A DNA stretch of 64,000 bases, taken from the NCBI GenBank assembly GCA_973895155.1, contig OZ316897.1:5349976-5413975 (forward strand), given 5' to 3'. Origin of the DNA: Marsupella aquatica (lineage: Eukaryota; Plantae; Marchantiophyta). Positions 36,691 to 50,046 of the stretch are shown piece after piece. The notes under the pieces are model-generated. The model did not search any database and was not told the DNA's origin. It worked only from the letters and a program-made list of their open reading frames with translations. Each line of letters begins with the position of its first letter. The first letter of the stretch is position 1. Position numbers and translations under genes: made by a program.

Positions 36691-36992
36691 CTGAGGGGCT
36701 ACATCGGGGGCATCAGTGGAGGTTCACTTGCACAACATCAGTGGAGGTTCACATTAGAGGAGGTTCACAGCCAGTGAATTTCCTCTTTGTTGCAACCTGC
36801 AAGGTGAGACTTTCAGTCTTTCTACATGAAAAAACAGGATTTAGATATGATTGATATACATGTTCGTCGAGAACATGGGTTTATTAACAAGCTCTTTGTC
36901 TTAGGAAACTCATAAACTCAGCATCAAATATGTACTATGCACGTTTCATGCTATGTGTATACTGTGACCTGTAGTTGGAACCAAGACAGTGA

Positions 36993-37445
36993 GTGGGAAC
37001 TGATAAGTTTAGGTTGGTTGCTGTTGGCGAGGCAAGTCAACCTCCTGCTCGCCTTGCTCATCAAAGGACGTCAACAGAGGACATCACAACAAAAGCAACA
37101 CTTATGGTGAGGACCCGCAACGCTGAACATGTGCGGCTTGCACGCAAGGCAGAGATGTTGCACCTAGAGTATGTCAAACTTGGGATCCTTCCAGCCCAAT
37201 CTGCATGGTACTTTGAGTACCCTGTTGTTGCCAGGAACAACTACAGCCGGCCTCTACCTGCTTCAGTACCCTTTCCGACATCCTTGGTATTTGTGTCTCT
37301 TGTACATGACCCGCCACAAATTAGGTGCCAAGGGTGTGTGCACACTTGCCAATATGACTGTCCTGCCTGCAGGGCTTCTGGCCCAGAATTGGATGACTAT
37401 TCTCTTGGATGCCAATTTTTGCATAGAGCACAATGTATCATCTAG
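36993..37445 (+). CDS. Cys/His-rich zinc-finger-like ORF (CACTA cargo)
   Basis: CQGC..CQYDCPAC...CQFLHRAQC. Confidence 0.35.
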   Translation: MGTDKFRLVAVGEASQPPARLAHQRTSTEDITTKATLMVRTRNAEHVRLARKAEMLHLEYVKLGILPAQSAWYFEYPVVARNNYSRPLPASVPFPTSLVFVSLVHDPPQIRCQGCVHTCQYDCPACRASGPELDDYSLGCQFLHRAQCII

Positions 37446-38356
37446 AACCACTCGCCATCCTGCAGTGTGCCTGGTGATGTCACTTGTCTTGCCGTCCCAG
37501 ACCCCACCACTGGTGGCTTTGGTGTCTACACATGTTTGGATCACATGCTCTAGAGGACCACTTGTCACACCGCATGCACAGACCAGATACCATTGACCTA
37601 TACCTTAACACTCTGACTTCAACACAGAGGATATTTACTTAAAATTTTGATGTATGAGCAATTTTGGGTCCAGGGTTTAGGGTCAACAGTACATAACTTA
37701 TCCTATAATGCTTGCACTAAGCAAATATCCTAATTTAAGAGGCTAGCAAACTCACTTAAAAGTCTTTATTGAAAGACTGCTTTCATGACTACTTTAACCT
37801 GGTGAACATTGCAACATTCAATGAATTAATGGGCCATGTGATAACCTGCAAAATGTGATTTATGCTTGACTTATTTGTCTCAGCCACTATCATAGCCTAT
37901 TTAAATAGGATGTATAAATTTCAACCCTTATGACACTGCTTCATACCAATCCTCTTCGAAGAATGCCTGTTTTACATGGAATGACTATTGTATGTGATTG
38001 AAATGCATGAAATGTTGTTGCAGATCTCCTTTGTTGAATCATAGCCACAATTAAAAATTGAGGTGTTGGTGGGGCAATTATACTAGGGGATCAGTTTTCT
38101 GTGTGGGCTCAACATACCAAAAGTGTGTTTGCTCTGCATCCTTGTGTGACCATTCCAATTCATTGCAGTAGCAAATGCCTTTGTACCTTACATGCTAAAT
38201 TTTACTTTCTGTGCAGTCTGCTAAATTGTAGAGTCTATCTCATGCGCAGGCATGGCACGCCCTAAAATTCAAGCAAAAAAGCGTGTGATAGAGGTGAGAA
38301 ACACAGGTGTACTTGGAGCAGATGTTACTAACTTCTCTGCAAGTCAGATTTTCTAG

Positions 38357-38932
38357 AAGGCAGCTCATTGTTGTGCCATTTGTGACGATGGTGGGGGCCT
38401 GGTCATCTGTGAGGGCCCTTGCATGAGGCATTTCCACCTCAACCCGGAGTCTGCCCTTGCGCCAGAAAACAACTGTCCAAGGGTGGGCCTCCCGTCAACA
38501 CACCAGGGAGACTGGATGTGCACTGATTGTTTGGAGAAGCAGGCTAAGTGTGCACAGTGTGGGAAGTTGGGGTCCTATGAGGGCTCTATTGATGCTGCAG
38601 CAAATGTTAGGAAATGTCCAGACCGTTTTTGTGTGAGATTTTTCTGTTTTGAGTGTTTGCCTGCTCATGCCACAGCTTGCCCACTTCATAGGTGCAAGGC
38701 ATGTGGTGAGCATGATGATGACTACTGGACTGACATAGTCCACTGTGCTAGGTGTCCCACTATGTGGCACTATCAGTGCTTGAAAGATCATCAAGCAGAG
38801 GGTTATGCTTGTGACAGAGAGATCTATGATCACTCTGCGCATGGTGTTGATCGATGGATATTTTATTGTCATCGCCATGCCATTGATCCTACCTTGCGCA
38901 CTCCTGTGAGAGATCACATATCTTGGCTGTGA
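38357..38932 (+). CDS. EDM2-like composite PHD-finger protein (CACTA cargo)
   Basis: CAICDDGGGLVICEGPCMRHFH...C..C...C..CGKLGS...CPLHRCKAC...CARCP..WHYQCL...IFYCHRHAIDPTLRTPVRDH, recalled as similar to the EDM2 PHD cluster. Confidence 0.75.
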   Translation, partial: KAAHCCAICDDGGGLVICEGPCMRHFHLNPESALAPENNCPRVGLPSTHQGDWMCTDCLEKQAKCAQCGKLGSYEGSIDAAANVRKCPDRFCVRFFCFECLPAHATACPLHRCKACGEHDDDYWTDIVHCARCPTMWHYQCLKDHQAEGYACDREIYDHSAHGVDRWIFYCHRHAIDPTLRTPVRDHISWL

Positions 38933-39518
38933 AGTTGAACATTGTACATGCACAGTGCACCTGATGTGGATGTACCATTTTTGGAGATTGCAGAGATTCC
39001 AATTTTGAAAAGGAGTTGGGTAGGCAAGTTTATATAGGCAGCACTTATCCTGTGCTCTGGCGTCAGTGGCTGGGTACATGCCTATAAAAATTTATCCTTA
39101 CAAGCCTTCTTGGAAGTATTTAGGCTGAGTGGTCATTTTCATAAACACTCTCATCAGGCTGCTAAATTAAAACAAGACTTCAAAGTTGTAAGCATATAAA
39201 TTATGAGGCATGCAATTAATCAAATTGCCCTATAAGTTTGTCATTGAATGTATCCTCCTTTACAACAAAATATGTATGTGCCATGACAAGTTGGTTGCAC
39301 TTCATTTCACCTTCGATATGGATTTTTGAGTATATATTCAAACAATGTCCTACATCCGTGCAGGTGCCTAGTACGTCTTGTTCACATATCCCCTGTACCT
39401 ATCGAACTCGGACCTGAGCACCAGTGGACCGGATCAACTCAAAAAGCAGGAATTTTGTTGTCCTTGTATTGTCAGGTGAACCCATTCTTCCAAAATTCGC
39501 TCTGATCACGTAGGGTGT

Positions 39519-40397
39519 GTGTACATGGAGCCTGGGAAACGTAGAAAGTGTGACCATCCAACAGTGTTTACAGGGGTCAGAGCCATTTTGGTCCATGGCC
39601 AGCATGGGTTGACCAAAGTGCATTGGCCAACTATACAGAAACGATTCTTTGAGCTCCATGGCACTGTAGTTCAGGACATCACTCCAGAGACTACACATGT
39701 TGTTGCAGGGACATGGCTATCAGTGATAAAGAAGTGGTCATGGTCCTACATGAATTCTGCAATTACAGAGCAAGGCCTAAAAGTAGTTGAGGCCTCTTGG
39801 ATCACAGATTCCATAGCACATCAGATTGTACAGGATACTGAGCAATATGAACTGTGGGAGGATGAAGAAGCTACTGCATCAGCTTGGGCTGAACAAGAAG
39901 TCTGGGAAGCAAAGGCATGGCTTGCTGATGTCCAATATGGACCTGTACTCAACAAAGGAGAGAGCTCAAGAAGGCTGAAGAGTATGTTGGCTGAAGAGAC
40001 GAAGCAACCAACCCCCATTCTAAAAGGGCTAAGCATGGTATTTGTGGAGGTGGGAATTGGAGAGGTTAAGTGCAAAGTGTACAAGTCCACAGTGCTTGAC
40101 CTAGGTGGGACAGTGGAGGAGAATATAACAGAGGACACCACTCATGTCATTACTAAGTCATATCCCAAAGCCTGCCGCAAGTTTGGGAAGGGAGACATTC
40201 GCTTTTATGTCATGTCCCATAATGTGTTTGTGGTTTCATATGCTTGGCTTGTGGAATCAGTAGCAGCTGGGAAGCGTCAAAACCCAATGGACTATGATCT
40301 TTTTGAGGCCTGGCCACGGAAGGGTCAGGATCCTTACAAAGAGGACTATGAGACAACAAGTGAGGAATGGGTCATTAGCGATTCTGAATCAGAGTGA
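39519..40397 (+). CDS. Tandem BRCT-domain protein (CACTA cargo)
   Basis: Two repeats: GTVVQDITPETTHVV...VVEASWITDSI and GGTVEENITEDTTHVI...VVSYAWLVESV. Confidence 0.8.
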   Translation: MYMEPGKRRKCDHPTVFTGVRAILVHGQHGLTKVHWPTIQKRFFELHGTVVQDITPETTHVVAGTWLSVIKKWSWSYMNSAITEQGLKVVEASWITDSIAHQIVQDTEQYELWEDEEATASAWAEQEVWEAKAWLADVQYGPVLNKGESSRRLKSMLAEETKQPTPILKGLSMVFVEVGIGEVKCKVYKSTVLDLGGTVEENITEDTTHVITKSYPKACRKFGKGDIRFYVMSHNVFVVSYAWLVESVAAGKRQNPMDYDLFEAWPRKGQDPYKEDYETTSEEWVISDSESE

Positions 40398-40739
40398 GGA
40401 GTAGTAGCATCAATTTGGACACAAGTTTTTTTGTATAAATGACATCATTGAAATAAATGTGATCTTTGAACTAATGTACCTTGTTATGGTTGGTGGCAGT
40501 TGGATTTATTTTACTGTTGGCGGATTGTTGTTTCCTGTTGCCTGGGGGTGTCACTGTAAACGTACTGGGTGGGCTCAAATCTCGGCGGCAGACTTTGGTG
40601 GGTATGTTGCCTTTCCTAGATCAACAGGCGCTATTACGGCTCCTCCTCCGGGTTGCCATATGGCTGGCCACAGTTAGGACTCTCCTGCATGGATTGGTGC
40701 TAAAACATTTCTTGGCACCGCCCAAGGATGCAAGAGACG

Positions 40740-41122
40740 CTGAATCTATGGTGAATGAGGATGCACAGTCCAAAGAGGACATCTACTTTTCAGCAAATGA
40801 GTTAGACAAGCACGATGTTGTAGGTGGTTCGTTGTTGCCTGGTTTGGCAGATGATATAGTTCTTTCACATGTCTGGCCGAGGGTTCTTGTGGTGTCCTGC
40901 GCACAAGATATCTGCAAATATAGACAAATTAATACCTGGTGGAGGGACTTGGTAGCAACGTGCCCCCAGTGGAGGGCATTGCATCCACTACTTGTAGGCA
41001 CGGATGCAAGACCCCCATGGCATGAGCAGGGTTTAGACCTTGATGATTTAATGTACATGCTTGAGTACCTGAGGTCTGAGTGGCATCGAGAACAGGGTTG
41101 GTACCCATATCTCACCTGGTAA
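40740..41122 (+). CDS. F-box-domain protein fragment (CACTA cargo)
   Basis: LLPGLADDIVLSHVWPRV...CKYRQINTWWRDLV. Confidence 0.7.
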
Positions 41123-41589
41123 TAAGGTGAGATATCTGATACAACTCTCACACCTGTGCCTATGACTATACATGATTGGACTCTTATATGGTCATGGGTG
41201 TACATGCAGAGGCGGTACATTTGAGGACAGCGGAGGAGGTGGTGACACCCTCCAACATTTAGGAATTTTGTGTCATTCACTTGACAATAGGTACACTACT
41301 CAAGAACCTGTTTTTTTCTTTTGGGGTGGTTTAGGGTTTGTGAGAATTTATTACACATTATGTTAACTCTTTTGGCAGATACAGTCAGGGATATATGGAA
41401 CACAAATACCACCATTAGGCATCCTTGTTCACTGCTGTCCATGACTGCAGAGCTCCCAACTTGTTACAATGCACCCTGGTCACCACCCTCCCCAGACCCA
41501 GCCTAGGGCACAGGCACTACCTTTGCATCATCCCACAAGGATATCACGCCATGATAATAAGCTTTGGCAGCGTGAAAGGTTACGAACCA

Positions 41590-44500
41590 GACTTTCAGAA
41601 GCCAGTAGGATGAGATGTCCTTGTGCAATCTGCCAAGGATCCCGTACCAGGCGTCTGAATGAGGTTTGGCGGCATATCGCGATTCATGGAAGAGATCCAC
41701 GACATCAAGTTTGGAATGATCCTACAGAGGAAGATTTTTCCGACGAGGAGTGGAGGTTAGAATTTGATGCTGCCAATGCTGCAAGACGGGCAAGTGAGGT
41801 TCTGCCTGGTGCATTTGAAAATGTTGTAGCTGGTCTCTGTGGGTTGTCAGCTCTCCAATGGGATGGTGCTCAGGCAGCACCACGTGACGAAGGAATTCAT
41901 GTGGAAGAGATGGTGAGAGACATCTTCCAAGACTTGGATGCATTTCACGATGGGTTGGACAACGAAGAGGATACGGCTACAGATGCAAGTGTGCCCCCTG
42001 TCGAAGAGCCTATTGATGAGTTTGAGATAGGGCAGGAAACCCCTGGGCATGATGGGATGTTTGGCTCTCCCCTGCAAATATAGGAAGGCAGGAAGTCTTT
42101 GTACCCCGGTAGCAAATGTTCTAAACTGGGATTTGTCATCATGTTCCTGAATATTTGCGGCAACCACAATGTCCCCAACGTTTTTGGTTTCTGAGTTGTT
42201 GGCATTCTTGCGAACAACTGTGCTACCAGATGGTAATATTTTTCCCAAGAACATGTACGAGGCAAAAAGATGCATATCTAATCTTGGATTGAACTATGAT
42301 TCCATCCATGCCTGTCCTGATGGGCATGTTCTTTTCAGAAAGGAGTATGCAGAATCGTTGACATGCCCTAAGTGTGGGAAGCACAGGTATCGGAACTTAG
42401 GAAAGTCTATGGTTCCCGCCAAGGTACTTCATCATTTTCCACTCATTCCCAGACTTCAGCGGATGTTCAGAAGCCGTGCCATCTCGAAGATGATGACTTG
42501 GGCAACTGACAAGAAAAGTGATGATGGGCTACAACGACATGCTGGAGATTCAAGGCAGTGGAAACTCATAGATGAGATGTATCCCAAATTTGCTGTTGAG
42601 TCGAGGAATGTCAGACTTGGGCTGTCATTGGATGGGGTCAACCCATTTGGAGACAAGAACAACAAATTTTTGTGTTGGCCTGTAACTATTTTGAATTATA
42701 ACCTTCCTCCTTGGATGACTACAAAGCGATTTTTTGTTCTGATGGTCCTACTGATACCAGGGCCAGACAGTGCTGTATCTGCCAACATAGATGTGTTTTT
42801 GGCTTCCCTAGTGGAGGAATTGAGAAAGCTTTGGGAGGAAGGAGTCCTCACATATGATGTCCTACAGAGGCTTGGGAGGTTAAACCCATTCATCCTTAGA
42901 GCCATCGTCATTCTGACTATAGCTGACTACCCAGCCCATGGGATGATATCAGGCCAAACAACAAAAGGATATTGTGCTTGTACTATCTGTGGGCGCAATG
43001 TCACCAGTGAGTACTCCAGAGCCCTGCAGAAAGTGATATACATGGGCCATCGTCGTTTTTTGAAGGCAGATCACCCTTACAGAGAAAGACAGGCACTGAT
43101 TGCACACTTTGGCAATGAGATTGAGCAACGTGGACCCCCAGCACGAGTGACCAAAGAGGAGATCAGGCAGTGGGGAGCACTAAGGGATGTCTTGACTATA
43201 TCAAACGAGGGGGCAGGGAAGATGGAGTGAGTGATCCAATAAAGCGATATGGTGTAAAAAGACTGAGCATATTGGACTTGGAGCTCAAGTATTGGAGGGT
43301 AAGCCTCTTGGAGTTGATGCTAATTGGGATACATGTTTTGGTTCAGAGCATGTGCATTCATTTCAAAGAGAGAGACTAAACTTGAGGCATTTGCTGACGC
43401 TTTTGCATTGCAACGGTGCAGGAGTTTGAGCCAAGCAAACATAACATTGATGTTATGCACATTGAGAAGAATATTTGTGAGAGTCTACTCAGATTCTTGT
43501 ATGGAGAGAAAGACACTGGTTCAGTGAGATTGGATCTTGAACAGAGGGGAATGAAACCCCATCTTTGGTTGAGGCCACATGCCCACAGAGCTGATGTGCT
43601 CTTGAAGTACCAAGCGCAATATGTTCTGACAGACACAGAGTGGGAACTATTTGTGCAGAGGTTGAGTTCTTTGAAGGTTCCTTCAAACTATGGCAGTGCT
43701 TTCAAGAAGCATATCATGACTAGAAAGCTTGGTAGTATGAAAAGCCATGACTACCATATGTTGATGCAACAGGTGTTGCCTTTATGTCTGAGGGGCCTGT
43801 TGCAGAAGCCTATTCGTAATGTGATCATGCGACTCAGTGACGTGTTTTGTCGTATTTGTGTGAAGGTTTGGGATGAAACACACTTCCCACAACTGACAGA
43901 AGATGTTGCTCAGGTGCTGTGTGACCTGGAGATTTATTTTCCTCCTGCATTTTTTGATGTTATGACCCACCTATTTGTCCATGTTGTGGAAGAGCTACAC
44001 CAATTTGGGCCTGTGAGTGCTCGTTGGTTGTATCCTTTGGAACGGTACATGAAGCTGCTCAAAGGTCACGTGAGAACATATTATAAACCTTAAGCAAGCA
44101 TGGCTAAAGGTTACATCAAGGATGAGACTCTGGGATTTCTGACCGAATACATAGCACAATATGAGCATGTGAAGACCAGGGTGTGGAATTCTGATGAGGA
44201 GGAAGGGGTGATAGGTGAAGTATTGGAAGGGGCTGCAACCACAAAGAACCTGACCACATCTATGAGGGACTTGGCACATGACTTTGTATTGCACAACACT
44301 GTGGTGATGGAACCCTAGATACAATGAGTGCATACATGTGCTATAATCCAGTTCATGAGCTTAAATGTTGTGTGCGTGTGATTTTCTCCTTCAGCCTGTT
44401 CATGTTTACCCAAGCTAATGCTGTGTGATTGTTTGTTCAGGGAGTATGAGTCATTGAAGGCGCCCATCCCACTGCAAGAACAACTTTTCCAGGTTTCATG

Positions 44501-45205
44501 GAGTGGATTAGAGTGGCAATTAGAGAGCATCACGAGACCCACCCAGACATGGATGCAGACGTTTACTTACTATCTAATGCCCCTAGCCTAAAAGTGAAGA
44601 CTTACAAACGGATGAGAGCATATGGGAATCACTTTCGAGTGAAGGATGGTGACAGTGCCTACAGGGTGACAAATGACTATGGGCTCATCACTGTATTTGA
44701 GCAACAGAGCCACAATCACGACAGGGCCTAGATGGAGATGGGATATGTGGGAGAATTAGTTGACATATGGGCTCTGGACTATGGGGCGGTGTCCAGTCCT
44801 GTGATTCTTATGAAAGGTTCATGGGTGCGGCAGGATTGGCTTGGTAATAGGGCTACCATGAAGGGAGACAATGATAGTTTCTTGCTGGCCAATTTCAGAG
44901 GGAAATTGCCCGAATGGTCTTAGCCATTTGTGTTTCCCAGTCAGGTGGAGCAAGCTTTCTTCTTGGATGTGGAAGACTCCCCAGGTTGGCGTGTAGTGTG
45001 TCATAAACAGGCCAGGCAACGTCGGATGGAAGGATCAAACCTTGAGTTTCATTTACACTCTCATAGTGCCTTTGATCGTCGGCGTTCAGACCAAGTGCCT
45101 GTAGTTCATGATAGCGGGGACTTCATTCCTGTGACAAGGGTAGATGCATTTGCTGAAGGAGGCAAATTCATAGATGCAGATACCAATAGTGTGCCTATGC
45201 CATGA
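41590..45205 (+). pseudogene. CACTA transposase (TnpD/Tnp2-like: transposase-associated, Transposase_21, DUF4218, DUF4216 regions)
   Basis: RCPCAIC...HIAIHG; IHACPDG, RNVRLGLSLDGVNPF, YNLPPW, ADYPA, YMGHRRFL, IDVMHIEKN, KSHDYH, FFDVMTHL, WLYPLERYM; introns ~43299-43421 and ~44330-44440; several stops. Confidence 0.93.
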
Positions 45206-45468
45206 GTAATGTGAATTGTTTGCATGGACAATAGTGAGGGGATGTGTAATAAAGTAATTCTGAAGCAACACAGATGTATGGATGGATGCTGGTGATTGTG
45301 ATTGCATTGTATTATACGGGGTGACCATAGATGACATGTTTTTGTGGTCCAGTAGGATGGAACAGAGTGACACAAAGATGTGTGAGTATGAAAGGAAAGC
45401 TATGGAACAACGAGCATACGTGAAAGCCAAAATTGCAGAACTGGATCTGGAAAAGGATGTGGCTGAAT

Positions 45469-46451
45469 TGTAAGGGAACGATTCTCAACTACACCCCTCC
45501 CGTGGTAAGCGTTTTAGATGAAACTTTTATAAAACATATCTTAGAAACTCGAATTCGTTCCCGTAAGGAATAAAGGAAATCAACTTATGATGGTATTAAG
45601 GTCTTTGAGATCTTTAGGAGTCTCTCTCCTTACACAACTACTATGTATCACTCAAAATATTTATGATCAATCGTTTTAATATGGAAAATCTCAGACTATC
45701 GCTCCTTCTCAATAGAAGTTTGATTTTTGTTCCATTCCTAAATTTCTTATACTCAACAGAGATTGGCTTTACATTAGGAATTTCACTACAATTCTCTAAA
45801 CTCTAGATTTCAGAACTTTACTCATATTTTTCCATACAAAACCAAAGAAACATTTTCTCAAAATGTATTCATTCATTCCAAGGTTTGCAAGAAATGCACG
45901 AGGAAATCATGAATAACAGTGGAATTTGGGTGGTGCATTTTCTCATTTCTGCGATTCTTCCTCCTAAGCCCAACCTGGCATGAGGAAAAGACCCATACTG
46001 GTCACAAATCGTTTCCAAAGAAAATGACAAGGCAATTTTGCCTGGGAGTTCAATTGTAATACTTCCTCACAAATCAAAGAGATTTGAAAAGGTTACTTAA
46101 CTACCTAAAAACTAACTATTGATGGAAGATCTGAAAAGGTGAGTAGTTTGAACTACTTTCCTAAGCTAAGATTCCTAATGATGGCTAAACTAGTTTAACT
46201 AAGCTAAATTCTATCTAATGAGCTCAATTTAGGAAAAGGGAAAGAAAAAATGATTTAAGAGATGCTGAATCAGAATTCAACTTAAAATGCCTGAGCGATT
46301 CTTCCGATATAAAAACAATTGTCGATTAAAAAGGATCCTTCAATGCGAAAGCAGTTTCAGAGCTTTAACTCCTTCATCTTCTCTAAGTGACTTCATTTTG
46401 TCACTTAAAATGCTTCAAATGATTTGAAAAATGTAGATTTAATACTCCTTA
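45469..46451. mobile_element. ~1-kb AT-rich insertion (solo-LTR-like) with GAAT target duplication
   Basis: Begins TGTAAGG, ends CCTTA; GAAT at 45465-45468 and 46452-46455; removal restores the reading frame DVAE|YLLKKGFPHLR*. Confidence 0.6.
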
Positions 46452-46546
46452 GAATACTTGCTCAAAAAAGGCTTTCCACACCTCCGTTGAGTTTGTGTGA
46501 CATGAATAGTTCAATGTGGCACTGAAATTGTGACTGTATTCTCATA

Positions 46547-49500
46547 TTGGAATGTCGTAGAGCAGCAGGTTTTTCAAAGAAACAAAAGGAGTACACAAGA
46601 AGGGTGACTAGCACTATATCTGGGCCTGTGCGTCGGAGTGACAGGTTGAGCAAGAAGGTCGTACCTACAATGGCAGAATGTGGAGATGACATGGATGCTG
46701 CGCAAGTGGGTGCAGACACTAGACAAGAAGATGCAGATGATGAGTATTTTCCAGAGGAAATGGATGAGGATGGGGGTTATGAAGATGAATACATTGCAGA
46801 GCAGCCCCAAAAGAAACAGGTAAGTAGTTTTCGCAACAAGCTAGGTTTAGAGTTAAAAACTCTTGTTGAGAGGTTTCATATGTTCAGTACTACACCCTAT
46901 GTACCTTGCTTAGTTCCTGACATTGTAGTTGGTGATGTGATGCAGCGTCCTGCCAGTTCTGTTTTGCCTGCAAAGCCTGTGCATGCACCATACCAGCAGG
47001 GGGGCTGACCTCTGATCAAGGTTGGCAAGGTGGTAGTAGTGGTAGATCCCAGGCTGGTGCCCAATACTATGGCAGGGGGCAATCTCTAGGTTATGCCCGT
47101 GGTAGAGGCAGAGCAGGTCCAAACCCACAGTTTCGTGGGTATGGACGTCCACCTCAACCATGGGGATGTGAGTATATATCTATATGCCAGTTATTTGTGA
47201 AGGCATGGCACTCCTGAATTCCAGACTGCATATCAATTTTTGACATTGTTTGGGATGTATTGGATTCAGACAACATGAAATTCTGTCCACCTGCAATTGC
47301 ATGCAGATTCTGCCCAACCTGATTGGGCAAATGCTGGTAATGATCAGTTCCAATGTCCACAAGGACAGACATGGGTTGAACCAGGTTGGGAGGATGGTGG
47401 CGGGTCATGGAATGAACAAGGTGGTGAAGGTAATTGGCAAGGATTTCAAAATACAGTACCTACAAACGCTGGAAGAGGGGCAGGTAATGTCTGATCTTAA
47501 TTGTCAGCAATGGAAGAACTCATTATATGTGGAGTCCATTGACGTGGGGGGGATTATGCACATGTATAATAATAGAAAATGTATGTGTGCAGGTTGGACG
47601 TACAGTCGAACCATCGACTCAAGTATTCACTAATGCCCCTATGCAGATGCAACACGGAAGGGGGCCAGGTATGTTGGTGAATGTTCATATGTTTTCCTTA
47701 GTTTGTACTTAGTTTTCAGTACATATGTTTGCACACACATACCTAGAAAGTGACATCATCCGGCCCCTGTACTAGGCTGGACAGGTGATCCAGGGTCACA
47801 ACAATTCCAGAGTGCAGTCCCTGCACAGGCATCTACAGGCAGAGCTACAGGTATGTATGTTTGAAGAATTTTTCTTGAAGTGAAGCATTGAATGTTGCCG
47901 TCATCCATTCTGCTGTATGTAGTTCTCAAGCATGAATGGCATTGTATTTTCCCAGGTGGCTTCAGAACCCCAGGTAGGGTAAATGAAGGGGTGGCCAATA
48001 CAACGCCCAGTACTACCGAGAGCAGTGCACGAGGGGAGGTGACAAAGAAAGGGAACATAAATTTGAATGAGAGACAATGGGTGGATGCTGAGTGTCCTCG
48101 TAAGAACCGTTGGCATGCTGGTTTGAAAGCTGAAGTATTGCGTTGGTTAGATGTGAGTGTTATTAATTTTAAAAAACAACATCCAAAAGATTGGAAGATT
48201 GTAAGTGAAAATGTTGCTGCCAAATGGAATTATGTGGGCAGTGATGATGGCGTGGACATAGGTTGCCTAGAGAGTACAACAGGTAAAATCATAAAGCAAG
48301 AGAGGTGGAGAATGCATAAGGCTTGGAAGGAAGGTGGGGAGAAGCCAGATATGCCTCCACCAGCTACTTGTGATGATAAAGTGTGGGCAAGGTTAGTAGC
48401 TTATTTTGTAACAGATGCTTTGAAAAAGAAGAGTTCACAAATGACCGAGGCCAGGTTGAGTGTTTAGAACCCTAATCTGACAGGAAGGACCGGCACTGCA
48501 CCGACAGCAAAATGTTTGGTAAGAATCAATGGCCTAGCTATGTAATTTATGCTACACTATGTACTGTTTTTTAGTGTAAACCCATACATGTAAACTTTGT
48601 TTTTTAGTGTATGTTCCCTGAATAATAATGATAACTTGTGTTTGCCATGCATGTGCAAAAAGCCCAATTGGGGCAAAGCCCTTCAAAAGAAGAGTTGAGG
48701 GCTGAAATTGTGAACACCCGGGCTCAAGAGGGTGCATCTGAATCCTCCAAGCATGTAAGTTATATGAGTTCTGATTGGTAATTGAATGACCTGCGTTGAA
48801 TTTCAGGTGTACACTGTATATAACATTGATTGTGCATATATTGCCCAACATTTCATATGGAGTGATTGAACCTATACCCCTGTGTCATGTAGGGAGGTGG
48901 ATCTTCACTTACAGAGATAAGTGGTCGTTTGAAGGCTGTCGAAACATGTCTTCCAGAGATCAATGAACGTTTGAATTCATTGTCTGACTTGTTCCATGTG
49001 AACTTCAAGACATTAATGGAAGCTGTTGTGTCGGTGAGAGATAAAATTGATTCCAATTCTGCAGGAGTTCCACCATCACCACTTGAGGTGGCAAAGTTGA
49101 TGCACTCTTCTGGCATGCCAACGACATGTAGGCTTGAAGGTAAGGCCTTTACAACTGTGTGGGATATGATTAGTAAATGTATAGTTTGAATTGACATAGT
49201 TTGTTGAATGTGTTATTTTCAATAACATATATTGTGGTTGTTGTGTCCATAGAGAATAAGACAGGTGCTGCAGAGAAGAAGTATGAGAACCTGGCAAATA
49301 CTCGCTGTAATTTAGAGGCAACAAAGTTGCAGTCTGTACAAGCAACTTGTTTGACAGAGGGCAGTCAACCATGTTTGGATGAGGATGACATTGGCAAGGG
49401 AGTGGATGATATCAATGTTGGGGCAAATGAGGATATTAGCAAGCATGACAATGATACCATTGAGCCAGATTCATGCTATGTAGATCTTGACTCCATTGCA

Positions 49501-50046
49501 GAGATAAATGATTTGCAGAATGTATCATTCTCAATGACAGGTGTGCCTCTTGTTGAGATAAATCCAACCAAAGAGTTAGTTGGTATGACACTCCCAGGTG
49601 GTGAACCTGCTACTGTGACAGTCCTAACAGAGGAACCTACTGAGCCTAGCTTCACTACTGTGAAGAGAGGAATGCGCACACGAAGCAAGTCTGCTGGTGG
49701 GAGCAGAGCCACGTCAAAGGTTTCATACAAACCTCCAAGAACGGTGCTGGCAGAAAGATTTGAGGTGGAAGTAGGGAAAGCACCTAATGCTGAGGGACAA
49801 AGTGGCTTGTTAGCTGTTGATGAGAGTGGAACACGAGTAGGATTTGGCAGAGTGCAGGTTGGTTCCACAACGTTCTATGACAAGCGGATTCCCCCAGGTT
49901 ATTCAGTAGTGTTAGTCACATTACTAGTGAAACCTAAAGCTGTCCTTCCCATTCCAAACACAAATGATGATCCTCCTCAAAAGACACTTGGAGATGCTGC
50001 AGGTTCTTTGGTATTATGGCCAAGCAAGTTCATAGAGGATCCATAA
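46547..50046 (+). pseudogene. CACTA second gene (TnpA/Ptta-like, multi-exon)
   Basis: Exons include WRMHKAW...PPATCDDKVWARLVAYF...KSSQM and C-terminal VGFGRV...IPPGYSVVLV...LPIPN..DDPP..TLGDAAGSLVLWP. Confidence 0.7.
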
